From Dehalococcoidales bacterium (lineage in GTDB: Bacteria; Chloroflexota; Dehalococcoidia; Dehalococcoidales; W693): a DNA stretch of 60,079 nucleotides. A model generated the notes under the pieces. It searched no databases. It was not told where the DNA came from and saw nothing but the letters and a program-made list of their open reading frames with translations. The translations under genes and the position numbers were made by a program. Position 1 is the first letter of the stretch; each line of letters starts with the position of its first letter. Positions 56,888-60,079 of this stretch are shown here, one piece after another. The stretch spans positions 1 through 60,079 of the forward strand of contig DAOUDM010000011.1 in the NCBI GenBank assembly GCA_034431095.1, given 5' to 3'.

Positions 56888-59758
56888 CTACCAGTCGAGC
56901 GGTTTTTGCCAGGCCTCCTTTAGCCTGTCTATTGACGCGTCCAAGACCCTGTTACCATTCAGCCCGTATACCTCAAGCATACCGGATGAGGTGACCTCTC
57001 CGATTTGTGAAAATACAGACTTGCCCATCGTCTTTTCAAACTCAGCCCTGTCTTCCGGGGCTATTTCCGCCAGGAAGCGGCTGTTCGATTCGGAGAAGAG
57101 GATGAAATCGTCGCGCTCGATAGCCTCTCTCAGCGGCACCTGCCCCAGCCTGATGGTCGCCCCCAGCCCGCCGGCGAAAGCCATCTCGGCGATGGCGACG
57201 CCGAGGCCACCATCGCTCAGGTCGTGGCAGGCTTTGACCAAACCCTTATCTGTAGCCAGCGCCAGGTTGTCCATAAGCTCTTTGGCCTGTTTCGGGCTTA
57301 CCTTGGGCACCCTGTTGCCGGTAAAACCGAGGCTTCTAAAGTATTCCGAGCCGCCCAGTTCGTTATTAGTGGTACCGACAATATAGATAAGGTTGCTGGC
57401 GGCCTTGAGGTCCATTGATACTGCTTTATTGCTGTCCTCCATAACCCCTATCGCAGAGATGAGCAGGGTATCGGGGATGGATATGGTTTTACCTTCAAAC
57501 TCAAACTCGTTGTTCAGACTGTCCTTGCCGGAGATGAAGGGTGTGCCATAGACGATTGCCATATCGTAGCACGCCTGGCAAGTGAGCACTAAGGCGCCAA
57601 GCCTTTCCGGGCGGCTGGTATTGCCCCAGCAGAAGTTGTCCAGCAGAGCCACCCGCTTGAGGTTGCCGCCGACGGCGATAATCTGCCTCAGGGCTTCGTC
57701 GATAGCCGAAGCCGCCATCCAGTAGGGGTCTATGTCACTGTATTTGGGGTTAATACCGTTGGCGATGATGACCCCTCTCTCTGAATTGAGCAGGGGGCGG
57801 ATGATAGCGGCATCGCCGGGGCCATCGCTTTCCCTGCCGACCAGGGGCTTGAGGACACTGCTTCCCTGCACCTCGTGGTCGTACTGGCGTATCACCCATT
57901 CCTTGCTGCATACGTTCCACGAGCCGAGCACTCGAAGCAAGGCTTGGGTTAGATCCGGCGCTTTGAAATCCGGCTCGGTATGCTCCGGCTGTTGCCAGGC
58001 GGCTTCCAGTTCAAGTTGGGGCAGCCCTTTGTGGAGAAACTCCATCTCCAGGTCGCATACCAGGTTATCGTTATAGAAAAGCTTCAGCCTTTTATCATCG
58101 GTGAACTCGCCGATGACGGTCGCCTCGATGCCCTCGTCGGCAAAGAGGATTAGTAGCTCATTGGCGCACTCAGGAGCCACCGCCAGCAGCATCCGTTCCT
58201 GGGACTCGGATATCCATATCTCGGAATAAGAAAGCCCGGCGTATTTCAGCGGCACTCTGTCCAGGTAGATGCGGGCGCCGGTGTCGGCGGCCATCTCGCC
58301 TATAGCCGATGATAATCCGCCGCCGCCACAATCGGTTATACGGCGGAAGAGATTGCGGTCTCTGGCCTGAATCAGGGTGTCGATAAGTTTCTTTTCCACG
58401 ATGGGGTTACCTATCTGAACCGAGCTGAAAGAAAGCTCGGTGGAGTCCTTGTTGAGCTGCTCAGAGGCGAAGGTAACGCCGTGGATGCCGTCGCGTCCGG
58501 TTTTGCCGCCAGCCACCACCACCAGGTCGCCGGGCATTTGTTGCCCCATCAAAGCCTGTTTTTTGGGCATCAGCCCAATGGTGCCGCAGTAGACTAGAGG
58601 ATTGGCGACATAGCGCTCATCAAAGAGTATAGCGCCGTTAAGGGTCGGGATACCAAGGCGATTGCCGTAGTCGGCGACGCCGGCGCGGACACCCTTAAGC
58701 ATGCGGCGCGGGTGAAGTACCCCCGGTGGTAGCTTATCGTAGGCTAAATCGGGCGGGCCGAAGCAGAAGACATCGGTATTGCAGATGGGCCAGGCGCTGA
58801 GCCCGGTGCCCAGCACGTCGCGGACAACCCCACCGATGCCGGTAGAAGCACCGCCGTAGGGTTCTATCGCCGAGGGGTGGTTGTGGGTCTCGACCTTGAA
58901 GCATAAAGCCCATTCGCCGTCGAAATCAATAACCCCGGCATTGTCCCTGAAGACGGACAGGCACCACGGTTTGTCTAGTTCCTCGGTTGCCTTCATAATG
59001 GTGCTCTTGAGCAGGTTGTCTATCGCCTCGCCGTTAAAGCTGATTTTACTCTTGAATGTCTTATGGACGCAGTGCTCCGACCAGGTCTGGGCCAGCGTTT
59101 CCAGCTCGGCGTCGGTGGGGTTCCGCCCCTGCCCGGTGAAATAGGCGGTTATGGCTTCAATTTCGTGGCTGTTAAAGCCGAACTGCCGGGCGATTTCCCG
59201 GTTGTTATCTGTTCCCAGCAGGTCTATATGCTCTAGCTTGAAGCTGTACTGGGGGTTTTCGGTAAAAACCACCGATTCTCTATCAACGATATGCTGGATA
59301 ATCGGGTTGACCAGCAGCCGGCTGCAGATTGTCTCCAGTTGTTTTTCATCCAGCTTGCCTTTTATGAGGTAACACTGTGCTGTCTTTATCGCCCTGATGC
59401 CGTCGATGCCCAGGTCAAGCACTGCCTTCATCGCCGTCTCTTCCACCGGGTCGGCAACGCCGGCATTGTAGGCTACCTCGACCGAGTAGAATCCATCCCC
59501 GTTCTTACTATGGTTATCCGTGTCGGAGCGGTAGCCCTGGGTTATCGGGTCAGCCAAAAGGTTACAGCAGACAAGCTCCAGCTCCTCGGCTTTGAGCCTG
59601 GCATCCAGCCAGTAGACGTCCATTATGCGGACATCGGCGACGTCGCTTATACCAAGGTCGTAGATATCGCGTACAAGCCCCTGCCCTCTGGCATCGGGCA
59701 GATTCTCTTTAACATAAACCTCTACTCTATGCATCAGGCGATACTTTGTTTGAGGCAT
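56888..59758 (-). CDS. purL: FGAM synthase subunit PurL with N-terminal PurS-like modules
   Basis: QTWSEHC, ETHNHPSAIEP, TGRDGIHG, QYDHEV, SGKDS, HDLSDGG; ~170-aa N-terminal extension with two PurS-like repeats (LADPI / LLVNPI). Confidence 0.96.
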   Translation of the reverse strand: MPQTKYRLMHRVEVYVKENLPDARGQGLVRDIYDLGISDVADVRIMDVYWLDARLKAEELELVCCNLLADPITQGYRSDTDNHSKNGDGFYSVEVAYNAGVADPVEETAMKAVLDLGIDGIRAIKTAQCYLIKGKLDEKQLETICSRLLVNPIIQHIVDRESVVFTENPQYSFKLEHIDLLGTDNNREIARQFGFNSHEIEAITAYFTGQGRNPTDAELETLAQTWSEHCVHKTFKSKISFNGEAIDNLLKSTIMKATEELDKPWCLSVFRDNAGVIDFDGEWALCFKVETHNHPSAIEPYGGASTGIGGVVRDVLGTGLSAWPICNTDVFCFGPPDLAYDKLPPGVLHPRRMLKGVRAGVADYGNRLGIPTLNGAILFDERYVANPLVYCGTIGLMPKKQALMGQQMPGDLVVVAGGKTGRDGIHGVTFASEQLNKDSTELSFSSVQIGNPIVEKKLIDTLIQARDRNLFRRITDCGGGGLSSAIGEMAADTGARIYLDRVPLKYAGLSYSEIWISESQERMLLAVAPECANELLILFADEGIEATVIGEFTDDKRLKLFYNDNLVCDLEMEFLHKGLPQLELEAAWQQPEHTEPDFKAPDLTQALLRVLGSWNVCSKEWVIRQYDHEVQGSSVLKPLVGRESDGPGDAAIIRPLLNSERGVIIANGINPKYSDIDPYWMAASAIDEALRQIIAVGGNLKRVALLDNFCWGNTSRPERLGALVLTCQACYDMAIVYGTPFISGKDSLNNEFEFEGKTISIPDTLLISAIGVMEDSNKAVSMDLKAASNLIYIVGTTNNELGGSEYFRSLGFTGNRVPKVSPKQAKELMDNLALATDKGLVKACHDLSDGGLGVAIAEMAFAGGLGATIRLGQVPLREAIERDDFILFSESNSRFLAEIAPEDRAEFEKTMGKSVFSQIGEVTSSGMLEVYGLNGNRVLDASIDRLKEAWQKPLDW

Positions 59759-59815
59759 GATAGATGTAGGCTATATTGCAGGATGGTAGACGGCGGCTAA
59801 TGAAGGTTGCCAATA

Positions 59816-60079
59816 CTACCATCCCCTCGGTGACAGCAGTTCCTCATCGGGGATTTGCTTTATATCCAGCCCGGGCATAGCCTCTCCCAGCCCCTTTGAT
59901 ACCTCGGCGATGACCTGAGGCTCCTGGTAGTAGGTGGTGGCTTTAACGATAGCCCTGGCTATCTTTTCGGGGTCGGAGGACTTGAATATACCGGAGCCGA
60001 CGAACACCCCCTCGGCACCGAGCTGCATCATCAGGGCGGCGTCGGCCGGGGTGGCGATACCACCGGCGGCAAAGTTGAC
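59816..60079 (-). CDS. pdxS: Pyridoxal 5'-phosphate synthase lyase subunit (5' part off window)
   Basis: [34 protein letters not shown]. Confidence 0.97.
   Translation of the reverse strand, partial: VNFAAGGIATPADAALMMQLGAEGVFVGSGIFKSSDPEKIARAIVKATTYYQEPQVIAEVSKGLGEAMPGLDIKQIPDEELLSPRGW

Noticed and set aside
56103-57386. 427-aa plus-strand ORF and the many other long antisense ORFs in the track (e.g. 41636-42373, 10908-11615, 53818-54300)
   Set aside because: They are shadows of well-supported genes on the opposite strand in GC-rich coding DNA, with no RBS or recognisable motifs.

Overview
A 60-kb stretch of a bacterial chromosome, most likely class Dehalococcoidia (Chloroflexota); this is inferred from the mraZ-rsmH-ftsA-ftsZ cluster lacking mur/pbp genes, the class II RNR, the short EF-Ts and overall protein style. 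Most of it is housekeeping: secDF, CCA enzyme, priA, rplS, trmD, dcw, nrdR-nrdJ, rpsU, rnhA, RNase P RNA, pheST, proS, ispG-rseP-dxr-cdsA-uppS, frr-pyrH-tsf-rpsB, purQL and pdxS. Two accessory systems stand out. (1) A 13.6-kb phage head/packaging module (19.5-33.1 kb) with intact TerS, TerL, portal, scaffold, major capsid, adaptor, holin-like and hub/spike-like genes. It has no integrase, att sites, replication genes, tail tube or tape measure. Both of its operons carry a near-identical Gram-positive/Chloroflexi-type LexA (SOS) box in the promoter, and it is split by a large Ig-repeat surface protein and an AT-rich methyltransferase. It is a candidate SOS-inducible gene transfer agent or domesticated capsid system. 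(2) A 3.3-kb tyrosine-integrase islet inserted in the 3' end of the RNase P RNA gene (26-bp att duplication), carrying an HD-GYP protein and IS3 remnants. Also present: a divergent cI/Cro-like XRE pair with palindromic operators whose motif recurs in front of the islet integrase, dispersed REP-like palindromes, NrdR and MraZ boxes, and an unannotated 53-aa ORF overlapping terS. No tRNA, rRNA or CRISPR array was seen. All family assignments come from motif recognition by eye; no database search was run.
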